A stretch of 64,000 nt of DNA, taken from Lytechinus pictus. Taxonomy: Eukaryota. A program made the position numbers and the translations under genes. The notes beneath the pieces were generated by a model that was not told the origin of the DNA, ran no database searches, and saw only the letters and a program-made list of their open reading frames with translations. The stretch is from contig NC_087251.1 of the NCBI RefSeq assembly GCF_037042905.1, forward strand, positions 18,168,001-18,232,000. Direction: 5' to 3'. The first letter of the stretch is position 1, and every line of letters begins with the position of its first letter. Below, in pieces: positions 52,247-64,000 of this stretch.

Positions 52247-55087
52247 GTATGCTTATATTTCATTCAGTTCAATCATATAATTATCTTATATTAAACAGCT
52301 AAATGCACAATTGAATACTTTACAAGGAAATTGGATTTGTAAGTAACAATGTGCATGTATCAACAGTACCAACTGTTTTCAAGAAAAACTTGCAAAGAGG
52401 CAAACAGCTGCAAATCTCCATAATAAATTTGCAGTATCTTAATATACCCCTTTATTTGTCACAAGTGCAGTGAAGAAATAATGCCACTTTAGCGTCCATG
52501 GTCAGCACACTACCAGTGCATTGGAAATGACCTTTGAGCATAGAATAATCATGAATTCAGAAATGAAATAGAGTGCAGCACTCAAATAATGCAGCTTATT
52601 CTGGTCCTCGACCTTTCATCCGATCTGTATCTACAAGTCATTAAAGGGGTATTGCAAGACCCGTTGGAAATCATGCATTCAGAAAACAGTTCTTTGATAT
52701 GTGAGAAATGTTCCTAATTTGGAATTCTCTAAAACAAGATTTTTTTTCTTTCAATTTTTTTTTTAAAGCAGGACGATTATAGGGATATCAGTTCTATGCA
52801 TTGGAACAGTCAACCCTTCATGATATACCATGGATCCGATCCATGAACGAAAAAAAAATGACATCACTATATACTGTAAAGTACAAATAAATCATATGCT
52901 TATTGCATTTATAATGCAATAAACACTTGGGCCTTGTTAATCCTTCATACTCTATATTCTCTGTATCATACGGGTATGTTTGTAAATTGGAGGGTCCTCT
53001 AGATAAAAGAGAAAATGGGTTTTAAGAATTCATGCAAATTGTAAACAAAGCATTGAATAGTAATTGAACCAGATGGTGAAACGTTCATCAAATCTCATGG
53101 GGTTATCCATAATCATAAAGCAAGGATTAATACAACAGACTCTTTATCATAGAGAATGAACAGCATAACAAGTGCCAGGATGGTACTATTGTATTGTTAA
53201 TTCATATGTTCTTATCGGCATGGTGTATCAAAATCACATGACAATGTTTAAATAGTTCAGGAAATGTAGTTCAATGAATTTGAGGTGTTTTTTTTCCTCT
53301 TCTGTGGTAATACCACAAGTTAAAAAATGATACAACAATGTATGTATCCCATGTCAAATTGATATTGAAATCTATTGCAGTATGTACCAAACACTATTTA
53401 TTTTCTGCTCTTTATATGCCATTGCTTTAAAAGTTTTTCAATTTTTTGTTTGTTTTTATTTCACTTCATGCTTTTCAATGATAAAAAAGGAATCGTGTAA
53501 AGAAAGCCGTCCCTCTGAATTGATATGGATTGGATATGATGATAATGAAGAGGTGTGTCTTGTAAATGTAATGAAAGATTTGAATGTTTTAAACATTTTT
53601 ATCCAGACTATGTTATTATCAAATTATAGTAACATGAACATTCAGCATTTAAATATTTTTTGTTTATTTTTTTCTGAGTATGAAATTGCCGTATTCCTGC
53701 AAAGTCATTCAATTATACTGTGTGATGTGATGGTTATAGCACCCTCTTGTGGTGAAGTGTATTTTTTGTGTGTGTCTATCTTTTGGTGATGCATGTTGCC
53801 GTTGTAGAAGTATGGCTGTTGGTGGAAAAGTTTTTATTGCATGATGAAGATTATATATGTACAAGTACTTGTCTATATGATTTAGTTTCAGTGTAACTTG
53901 TGTGCTTTACATGTATTTTGCAGTGTTATCGAAGATTGTTTTCAATATGTGAGTAAACTTTCAATGATCAAAATAGGTTTTTTAATCTACATGCTCAAGT
54001 GGTCCAGAAGATTTAAATAGTATAAAGTAGAATAATGATAATTGAATGAGAATTCATAATTCAATGTGATCGATTGGATCCACAAGTACACTTTATCATT
54101 CCTTTCTGATTCATAACATTTTACAGGAAGGATAATGATATTCTCTAATGTACACATTTAGGAATGGAAATAAAATAAAAAGATCATTTATAGTAACCAT
54201 TATTAATAAAGCACTAGACCTTTATCCCCTCCTCATTAAAGGTTTATGAAAATAGACTGTGTCCCAGGGTATTTCTGTAAATGAGAAGTGGATTTATTTT
54301 GTCAAGATACATGTATATCATTTGTAATATCTGCTAATGAAAATTGATGCCTGTGACCGATCAGGCAGGGTGATATTTCAAAACAGATCTCAGATTTCAG
54401 AGATAGTACATTATCCCACAGAGATCAGTCACATCATGGGGTTATCACCAACGGTCCTCCTTCTTCGTCCACAACTTACTATTTCAAATTCTCTTTTACT
54501 TTATATATTTCAGTGTTTGATAGATTCAAGATATGAAAGCTGTATAGTTGTTTTGTTCCATGTATAAAATGTTGAATAGAATATCTTCAGTATTTTTCCT
54601 TATATATTTCATCAATAATTTTTACTGCTCTACATGTCTGTTTTACAGCTATGAAAACAATAAAAAACAAATTGTTTCAAAAAATCCAAATGTGTTGATG
54701 GGTCACTTTACATAAAGAATAAAGGAGATCATCTTTAGGGACACTCTTGTATTTTATCTTACTGTTACATGAAGCTATGACAAAATAATAGAAATGTGCC
54801 AAATACATGTATGTATTTATAATGTTTATTTTGATGGTCAGCTGATCTAAAAGTTTTATCTGAAAATATGGGATTACACGGGGATTACATTATTGCAAAT
54901 GTTATAGGATTCTGAAATTTTCCTTTGCATTTGCTGTCCATGTATATCTGTATTAGACAAGTAAACCATAACTTTGTGACTGGTTGGTATCTTTCAGTTT
55001 GGCATACTTTTTTTTGTCAGTAATTTGTATGTCTCATTGTGTGTGTGTGCTGACTCTATCCCCCATCCACCCCCTTTCCCGCAACAG

Positions 55088-55147
55088 GAAATGAATGATT
55101 TGAGGGACTATTATTATGAAGTAGAGGAAGATGAGGAGTATGAGGAT
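55088..55147 (+). CDS. CEP170: CEP170-like exon 5 (EMNDLRDYYYEVEEDEEYED), possibly a cassette exon
   Basis: Pyrimidine tract plus caacag, donor GAT|gtgagt, 60 nt, phase 0-0, open frame. Confidence 0.65.
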
Positions 55148-56954
55148 GTGAGTCTATTGCCAAGCCTTGCAGCATGTACGTCCTGATATACTAGTATAGC
55201 AGCATGCCCCCAGCATGAAACTATTATAGAAGATACTAAGATAGAACTAAAATAGAATGGAAGCAAAGCCAGTATTAATCAATTTTTGTGACCATGAAGA
55301 TTATTCAAAAGTCGACTGCATTAGTAAATAAAATGATGTCGTATGATGGCAAAACAATTCAGACAATAAGCCCTACTACTGTATTTGTTAAGTGTCCCTG
55401 GTGAATATGATGTTTTCTTTTGAAAAAAGAATAAAATTTAATTGATGATAAATGTTCACCTTTATCTTTGTAACTTTAAATAGCATGAACATATTTTATC
55501 TGGCCATATCAGCATTCAAACAATAGTTTGAAATCTGCACTTATGATATGATTTGGACATTCCAGTTGTGGGTTTAAAATGTATCTTGTATTTCTTGTTT
55601 GTATAAAATGCATGATGTTTTTTAGCTTTGAGTTTATGTGTTTAGATAAATGTAAATAATAGTACAAACAACACATGTACATGTATAGAAAAGAGAGAGT
55701 GAGAACTAAGACTGGACTGGATAAAATATGAATAAATCCAAATGAAACCATGATTAGATGTATGTCACTCATGGATAAATCATGTAAAGGTATTACATGC
55801 ATAGAAATATGATCTACAGCTTTTCATGTAAGTAATATGAATGTAATCCTTTCAAATCCATGATGTGTTATTTTAGATCCTTTAATAGTGTTTGAGAAAT
55901 TATAATTGGCATTTAATGTTAGTCATATGACTATTACTTTTATCCCCACCCTTGAGAGTTTGTTCTCATGTCTTCACCCTGAATAGATAACACACCTTGT
56001 TATACTACTGATTGTCATGTTTCATTCATATATAGCTGTCATGAATTTGATATATGTGAATTGGAAAAGGGATAAAAAGGAGACAATTTGAGAAGAGTCA
56101 GGAAAAGACTCCAAGAACATTCCTGAAATTAGCAACTTCTATTATACCATTCCAGCAGTACTTGCCATTCTGGAATACATTTCATTGACAAACCAAACAC
56201 ATTAAAAAGATCTGAAATCTGGCATGTAGATTTATTTAGTTCTCTGTTCGATTTGAGATTATTGCTTTTTGGATATTGGCAAATGACATGAAGACCATGT
56301 TGGGTTATAATCATGTTTGGAATATACCTCAGTATCCAGAACTTATTCTCACTCTCTCTTCAAGTTGCTTTTCTCAAATGGATCTTGGTAAGTGTAAGTC
56401 ATTTGTTTGTTTTGTTTTTATTTGAAGAGCCTTGAAAGGAAGATAACAGCCATAACAACACTTGAGATTCAACAAGTAGTTCATGCATGGATTGATGCTC
56501 TTTTGATTTACAGATTTGTATGCTTGTGTATGAGCTTGTATTTTGTTCTAGAAAGTCATTAATTATTAACAAGATACCTGACAAGTTATCTACTTGAAGG
56601 CCAGAGATAATAATTTACTTTACCAACAATGAGTTAGATGGAGTACTGCAGTACTTTGATTCATGCAGTGCTCATATGGGAGCTTATGATTTGGTTAATC
56701 ATATTAAACTTCATAAAATACAGGATGGAACTTGTTTGGAGATTTCCCTGCATGCAACAGCTTGACCTTAACCAGTTATTAACAATTTTGTACCAAGTCA
56801 AGGAATCGGTCCACTATAAAAGTCTTATTGATACTTAAAGTGAAGAGAGTTTTGAGTTGATCACTGTGTTTTGTGATCATATTCAGTGTATATGGATATT
56901 TTGTTAATGGAGTACTAAATTGTTTTTGTTTTTTTGTTTTGAAAAATGTGTTAG

Positions 56955-57069
56955 GCGTTCTTGACGAGGCAGAGCCCACCGGATTACAACCAGTCCCTTC
57001 GCAGGGCAATGCAGAAGAGAAATGCCAAGGAAAGCAGGAATACATACGGCAAGCAAGCTAGCTTACAAG
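56955..57069 (+). CDS. CEP170: CEP170-like exon 6 (AFLTRQSPPDYNQSLRRAMQKRNAKESRNTYGKQASLQ)
   Basis: ttag acceptor, CAAG|gtgggt donor, 115 nt, phase 0-1. Supplies the phase change needed to reach the exon at 62644. Confidence 0.72.
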
Positions 57070-57111
57070 GTGGGTCCTCTATTACACTCCACATGAATAC
57101 AAATGTATGAG

Positions 57112-58009
57112 TAGCCTCTTGTCGAGGCCCTGGCTGCTGCTTCCCGAGCGAAGCGAGGGATTTTCTAATTCGCGAAGCGAATTAGGCCTGGCGCGAGCCA
57201 GGGCCTCTTGACATCTGAGCTGAATTATATATTCATGAGGAACGTCTTCCTAATGAATATACATGAGTCATGAGATTACCGGTCACCTAGTAAACCAATG
57301 AAATGTCAAAGCTGTTTCGTCCGGGGTTCGGAATACTAGAGTAGTCCACTATTCTGCAGGGGATTCATTTAATTGCGGGACACTAAAGGGGATATAACCA
57401 GCAAAATGCTACAAGTGGTGGTACTGCTACTACTAGTACTGGCCGTAACAGACCCATCACCGCCCCGAAACTTGCCGGGAGATGCTGGTCAGCCGCTGGT
57501 CAGACTCGAGTCAAGGGGAAGCTCCACTCCAGCATTACCTCACCGCACAGCGGAGATCGATAATCGACGCATAGTGGAATCGCATGAAATATTACATTTT
57601 TTCCATATCCTGTGGGTAGATTTACAAAAATATCTCATCCTTTCAGTGCAGATTTAATTTCATCGACTTGCAAATCCTTAAATCGGTCAATATTTAGCAT
57701 TTTAGAGGCATATTCAATGCTCTTTGATATTTTGTCGTCACTCTTCGCCAAGAATCCACGGGTCGCCATTCAAGATGAGCTCATGAATATTCAATATGAC
57801 GTCATAGCGGCCCGCGCTCTCAATGGATGATTTTCACCGACCAGTTCTTGGTCGGTATATTGGTAAAAACAATAAAAAACAAAAGAAAGTCGGTGAAATT
57901 CGGGTCAGATGTCAAGAGGCCCTGTCTCGCGGCGCTCTGCTTCGCTCTCTCCCTTGCTTATAGCCATGTTTGCTCGGAAAGCAGCCGACAGGGCCTCGAC
58001 AAGAGGCTA
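57112..58009. mobile_element. Non-autonomous DNA transposon with TAG...CTA termini and 9-bp TSD (Academ- or MULE-like)
   Basis: 21-bp TIR TAGCCTCTTGTCGAGGCCCTG, TSD ATGTATGAG at 57103-57111 and 58010-58018. Second inner inverted repeat gggcctcttgacatctga. Confidence 0.9.
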
Positions 58010-59819
58010 ATGTATGAGCTGATATTTCACTGTTCAGATATTCTCCTAATACTCATTCAGGAATTTCTCTAGTTGTTATATTCACAATTTGTGTTTTGTG
58101 TGCAGTAAAGGCTATTTCCATGCAATCTTTTGGTGTTGAAGCTCCTTGTTTGGTGACATCCATAACAGAAAGAGATTCAATGCCTTGATCTCTGAAACAT
58201 GGTTGTAGAAATGCAAGGGATTGATTCTTCAGACTTTTTCAAGCATTTTTTGAAGTATGGCATAAATGATGACAGAGTATATCAACGAGTTGAAGAATAA
58301 TGTAGTATTAAACTTTGCATTGTAAAATAAAGGTGAAGTATACCAGAAGGTCCATGAGTATACAAAGTCAAAATAATGTATCTCATCAATGATACTACAA
58401 GGGGAAGATTGGGCACTTCGATTATTTTTTGAAACGCTCCCAAACGCCCGAAAAATGCTCTTGGGGAAGGACGCCCACTAGCGTTGAGTAAGTAAACTAT
58501 CACACATCGGCACGCAGCTGTGTATAAAACATGGGGGAAATGAGAGAGGGGACATTGGAGAGGGCTCAAGGGTGGTGCATGGGAATAATTCTACCTTTTA
58601 TTACCCAGAAACCTCTGAAATATATTCATCTTTAATTTAAGAAAAAAAATTGGATGGAAAAAATTTTTAAATGTAAAAATTGTGTATTCCTTCAACCCTT
58701 CACCATTTCTTTCATATGTTTTGTACACAACCATCTCGCGATACGCAAAGGTAAAAAAAGGTTGTTACTTTTTAAACTCTGTAGGGGGGGTTTTCCCGAG
58801 CGTTTCATTACCCGGTCTACATGTATGTACTGTCTGATCTCCCCCCTTGTAGTATCTTTGATCTCATATATCAAGCGTTTGTTTTTTAGGTTTCATTTAT
58901 CATTCTGTTAAAATTACCATAAATATTCCAATCTGTGTTCAAAGGTAAAAGGATTATCAATCGATTCTACTCTTCGGAAAAAAAGACTTGGAATCATATT
59001 AACATGCAAATGTATGTAGGATCGGATGTAGAGAGAAACTATTCAATTCAATTGCATTCTAGACACTGTAGAATGTTATATCCAGAATGTATACTGATGG
59101 ATGATAATCAACAATGACATTTCAAAACTGAAAACTGGAAGGAATCCGATCTGGCATTACGACTCGGCCACATTTCAACTGATCAGGAAACTTTGGTAAT
59201 TGATTGAGAGGACTCTGATACATAATACATGTAAAGCCACTGATCTTGTGGGTGCCCCTGGATTTCAAGCTACAAACTCTTAGGCTCATCGCAAGTGCCA
59301 ACAGGAAACAACATTCAACAAAAGACCCCCACTCTCCACAATTTGAACTCTGAACACAAATAACTTCCTGCTTTTTTTTTTCAATCCAGCATATGGGTTA
59401 GTGTCTCAGAATGTGGCATTTTCTTCCCCTTCACGGCTGTCAATTAGTCATCTTTCCTTGTTAGTTGAAATAATGTGTCTAGTTATTTTTTAGTCCAAGG
59501 ATAGTGTAGTGTCTTGGGTTTAAGAACAGGACATTGTGGAGACACGGATGGGAACGTTGTTGTAGAGACACTGGTGAGGGTAAGATTATGGTACTTTAAA
59601 TTCTTAACATGTGCTTCACTTTATTTTTGTTTAAAAGGATGTATGATTTGGGATATTTTCTGTCATTTTTTTCATTCCAAAACTATAGTTTGTATTAGAA
59701 AACCAAGCAATGAATATGGTTTTTACTATGGATGTTGCCCTTAGAAAGTTTATATTCTATTAATACGCATTATCTGATTTAGATAGTAGAGGAGGGAGCA
59801 GTGATTTGCTAAGATTTTT

Positions 59820-61464
59820 TTAGGTGGTCTGTCTATGACAGATCACCTCTTAATTTCGTCAGAGTTTTCTTTATTCATTTATTTCATTTATTATTCATTT
59901 ATTCGCACCTATGTTTTTCGCCAACTTTTCTCCGAATCGGCTTTGTCAATTTGGCTGAATTTTTTGTCATTTATAGAGTCTATCTTAGAGACGCTCTACT
60001 AAGCTTTTCAAGGTCATCTGGTCATGATGACGTCATCTACGCGCCATTTTGTACAATTCTTAATTTGGTCATATCTACATAACGGATAATCAATAGTCAA
60101 TCATATTTACATCAAATAAACTTTAGGTCAAAGGTCATCTGTCAATGTCATCAAAGGTCATGTAAAGGTCATGACGCGCGCGTCAAAGCAAACAAATTCT
60201 CAAAATGGCCTATACAAATTTTTGGGTACGTTTCAGGTCATTTTAAGCATTTCAAAATTTTGCGTGCGTGCACATATGTGCGTGCGTTTTCATGCGTAAG
60301 GGCATTACGCAGCATAAATTCGCTGTTTTTTCTATGCGTATCTATCATTGATATAATTCTGATCAAATTGATACCTCGATCAGCTCTCTACGATCATTAA
60401 TGAGGGAATGAGCACCCATTAAACTTTGCAGCACGCGTGCGCGCGAGCTCTTTCCATAGGCTCTTTATGGGCAAAAACATGCCCATTAAAAATTCACTGT
60501 AGCTCTTCAGAATGAACGGGGACCCCCAATTTTTTTTTCATATTTCGATAAGAGTATGAATCATACATATGATTTCATGTCTCATTGGACCCTAACGTAT
60601 ATTATGACGTCATCAAAATGGCGTCGGAAGTCAAAATATCCATTTTGCGTGTTATGATGTCATAATAATTATGCAAATTTTGCTCTAACTTTGTGAATAT
60701 TGATCAATTTTCGCCCAATTTTGGATATGTTGTAGCTTAGGTCTTACTCTTTCTGAGTTTATCCTTCATTTTTCATTTTAATAAAGGGATCATCCTGAAA
60801 AATTGCAAATAAAGGCATGTCATTTTTACTCATTTTGCGTGTAATCTCTATGGGACATGACTTTTTCTCAAAACTAGATTCTACATTCCTCTATTTCGTG
60901 AGCCATATCTCCACTTTTTCTTGTCAGTTTTCCCTGAGCTTTTAGTATGTTGTAGCTGAGATTCTAAGCTTTCGTAAGTGTTCCCTCCATTTTTTTATCA
61001 GATGCCGGGATCATGCCAGTTTTTCGCTTGCAAAATTGGATTTGTAATTCTCAAATTTGCTTACGTGTAATCTCTATGGGGAATATCGTGGCTGAATGGA
61101 TAACGCACTTGACTAGCGTCTTTGGGGTCCCAGGTTCGAGTCCTGGGGTGAACAAGATTTTTTTTTTTCTTTTTACCACCTCGTACATGATCCTTTATGA
61201 CAATTAAAATGTATAAAAGTTAAAATTTAGCAAGATAAAACAGATTATAATTACTTTTTTCATATCACATGTATTGTCATATATTAAAGAGACCTTTTTC
61301 ACAGTGCTTTATCATCTCCCGTCTTTCACAAGTATTCCATCCATAATGAACATTCCGTTGTCATCATGATCATATTGATCTGCCTGAACATGGTAATAGT
61401 GATCATGATGGCGAGAATAAGGACAGACCACCTAATTCGTCCGCATGACGAATTAAAATCTAGT
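59820..61464 (+). mobile_element. Helentron-associated (HINE/DINE-1-like) non-autonomous element
   Basis: 5' subterminal IR TTAGGTGGTCTGTC with local hairpin, (TTCATTTA)n-like tract, 3' IR GACAGACCACCTAA at 61422-61435, stem-loop TAATTCGTC-cgcat-GACGAATTA, CTAGT end, T-rich flanks, no TSD. Confidence 0.75.
61081..61168 (+). other. Degenerate tRNA-like Pol III unit inside the HINE-like element
   Basis: A box TGGCTGAATGG, perfect T-arm CCAGG-TTCGAGT-CCTGG, followed by a T11 run. Acceptor and anticodon stems are mispaired. Confidence 0.6.
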
Positions 61465-62643
61465 ATTTTAATTATTATTATCTTTTTTAGTTTTGTGAAA
61501 TGAAATTCTGATTTGGATACACATACCATCCCAGTAATTGATTCTATGCGAATAAGTATGGAATTAAAAAAAAGGGTAAACGATGGATAGGCAGGGATAT
61601 ACATGTAGTTTGTTCAGTTAGACAAAATTAGTGAGAGAAGAATGAATCAAACACTTCTATGATACTGCAAATGAAAATGAATTTCAATGAAAATGAATTA
61701 CATTTATGTTTGTAGTGAAGAATAATAGCGAAAACAAACTATTCAAAGAACATAACTATTTAAATAAACAAGGGAATGTATAGAACAATCTGAAGGCAGA
61801 TTCATGGGAGTCACCATGAACCTCTTGAGAAGCCTGTTACTTGGGTAATATCATTTAAGTGGATAATTGACAAACTATAGGAGTGTAAGTCAATGGAAAA
61901 TGTGTGATTCACAAGTGCTAATGACTTAGGAAATGAATCTAAGTGGGAAGGTTGTAATGGAAGTTTTAGAAAGGCTTCTAGAAATGAAGTTTTTTTTTCT
62001 AGCCATTTGTCATTTGTTCTTTTATGAAATATGCAATTTATTGTGGAATGTAGAATGAATGTGAATTTAAAGGATGTGAATGAAGTGAATTTGAATTACA
62101 TGTAAAATTAAAAACTGTATGCATGCATGATGTACTTATAATTGTAAATGACAAGTGCTTCTGAATTCTACAGGACACTGATTTTTTGTCTTTCTTTTAA
62201 TCTAAATGTGTAAATCACTGTGTAGTTGTCGTATTTGATTATTTGCTGGTCATGTTTATGGTTTATGGTATGAAACTTGTTGCTGTAAGAAATTTTCACT
62301 TATTTTGAAAAGGTATATCACAGGTGTATTAAAGGTAAATTCCGGGGCCTTTTGTTTATAATTCTTAAATCAATTCTTGATTGAAATACATGTATGAACA
62401 ATTCCAAGCTATGGCATTAATTTCTTGCTTCTCAGCCAATTAAAAACAAGGAAAGTTGTCAGATCTTACAACTCGGAGGAAAAATGTTGATGAAACGCTC
62501 TCCTGTTGGTTGTTGCTCTGTCAGCCAGTCCATTGGTCGGTCCGCCCTCACATAAAGGCAGGGGTTATTAATCAACTCCAGTAATATTTCTAGTCATTGA
62601 TGTACTATAGAAATTTGTTTGTTTATTTCTGTTTTTGTGTTAG

Positions 62644-62781
62644 ATCATCGACCAACATCCCATGGTTCTCCCTTGTATGGTCAACCAGCATGGTGGGGTG
62701 AAAGTGAAGATCCTTCACCTGATGGTAGTAGTACTTCACCGGACGACCTGAGACCAAGAGCTGATACTTACTCAACTCAAG
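62644..62781 (+). CDS. CEP170: CEP170-like exon 7 (DHRPTSHGSPLYGQPAWWGESED...TQ)
   Basis: PLYGQPxWWG is a conserved CEP170-family motif. gtgttag acceptor, CAAG|gtatac donor, 138 nt, phase 1-1. Confidence 0.9.
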
Positions 62782-63030
62782 GTATACATACCAAATATGC
62801 CGTTTATTATAATGAAAAATATCATGATGCAACAGCTGTATGATAACACCCCAATGATGATAGAGATTATAAAGATGATGACAGTAAAAGTAAATTAAAT
62901 TTTCATACATATTTATGGAGAAGATACAGAGAGAATCAACACAATTTTGTCACATTGCCAGTTTAGGGGCAGAATTCTAAGAGTTTCAAGTACCCCATTT
63001 CTCCCCAAATTGTTTTCCTTTACTGTGCAG

Positions 63031-63413
63031 GTTCATCAGACGACAACCACACGCTAGAATCACCGTCCCCTCACGAGCGACCTTCCAGACTTCCTTCCAA
63101 CGTGCCCGAACGGGACATCCCCGTCGTAATCTACAACCGCTCTGACCGCCGTCCCGTCCATCAAGAGACTCCGCCCCACCCCCAGCCCCAGGCGGAGATA
63201 ACCCTGATGGCGTCGAGTGAGAAGGCCATCGGCTTCACCATCGACTTTGGGAGCAACGATGATGCTGCCCCGAAGATGGCGAGGCCAGACAGCCTCCAGA
63301 ACTGCATTCCACAGAATGTGAGGCAGAAGATAGAGAAGAGCACACGTATGATGGAGGAGCTCAAGGCAGAGAGATTGATGAAGAAAAGCCAGGAGGAGGA
63401 AGCAGTCATGCAA
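63031..63413 (+). CDS. CEP170: CEP170-like exon 8 (GSSDDNH...GFTIDF...EAVMQ); gene continues beyond the window
   Basis: tgtgcag acceptor, phase 1, open frame, FTIxF motif as in CEP170, probable donor CAA|gttagt. Confidence 0.82.
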
Positions 63414-64000
63414 GTTAGTCAAAATTTATTTTATCTTTAATCTACTTAGAATATTGATGATAAGACAAAACTTTCTTTAATAACACTTACTTTTAAAGGA
63501 GAACGAAAAATATGACAGCCACAACATGACAACACTGGAGCTAATGGGATGCTGTTTCATTTGACATGTTAGCCTGGATTCAATTGCTGTGAGAGAAATA
63601 TGTAATTTATATAAGATTTTATATGATAGATTTAGAACAAAAGAAATTTCCTCCAAATTTGATGTACAGGGTTTTGTCACTCAAGGGGCAATGTGTTAAA
63701 GAAGAAGGCCTTTATAGAAAGCAAGTCTTAAGAAAATCCTTATTTCTTTCCATTTTTGGTTTGGAACGGCTAAGCAGAGAATTGAGTTAAGACTCATGCT
63801 TCCTTAATGCATTGGAATATTGGGTTGGAGAATTAATCAGTTCAAACCCCTCGAACTTCCAGCACACTTAACAGATTCTAGAGCTGCATAAGGATAATGC
63901 TCATCTGTAATCTGAAATCTACCAAAAGATCATCACAAAGAAGGGAAGAACTGTCCCTGCCCAGAATCACTAATAGTATACTTTAGTCCTTGATAATGTA

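Noticed and set aside
56873..57061. ORF-track frame (GVLDEAEPTGLQ...) for the exon at 56955
   Set aside because: That frame stops at 57061 before the donor and is phase-incompatible. The AFLTRQ frame is open and fits both neighbouring exons.
61081..61154. Functional tRNA gene
   Set aside because: Acceptor and anticodon stems do not pair properly and it lies inside a repeat. The tRNA-like heads at ~2520-2593, ~11383-11470, ~18040-18113 and ~21140-21205 are likewise SINE heads.

Overview
AT-rich, intron-rich animal genomic DNA. The repeat families look like a sea urchin or other marine deuterostome, but the species is an inference. Two divergently oriented genes were reconstructed by hand from splice signals and exon phases. 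(1) Minus strand, 22135->12706: a complete 6-exon gene (918 nt CDS, 305 aa, all five introns phase 1) for a secreted protein with signal peptide, a novel Cys-containing N-terminal segment, an atypical EGF repeat and a Caspr/CNTNAP/neurexin-IV-type fibrinogen-like domain, but no LamG or TM domain. A partial duplicate downstream keeps only exon 2 (7817-7999) and exon 6 (1614-1792). (2) Plus strand, 38941 to beyond 63413: the 5' part of a CEP170/CEP170B orthologue (FHA domain; 8 coding exons, 347 codons in window), containing a clear AT-AC U12 minor-spliceosome intron at 49387-52166. The rest is transposon-rich: a decayed L2/CR1-group LINE with nested insertions, LINE 3' fragments, tRNA-derived SINEs, a PIF/Harbinger deletion derivative, Kolobok-like (TTAA), Tc1/pogo-like (TA), hAT/P-like (8-bp TSD) and Academ/MULE-like (9-bp TSD) non-autonomous elements, a Helentron/HINE-like element carrying a tRNA-like Pol III unit, a 31-bp minisatellite and local segmental duplications. 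No CRISPR array, rRNA or intact tRNA gene was seen.
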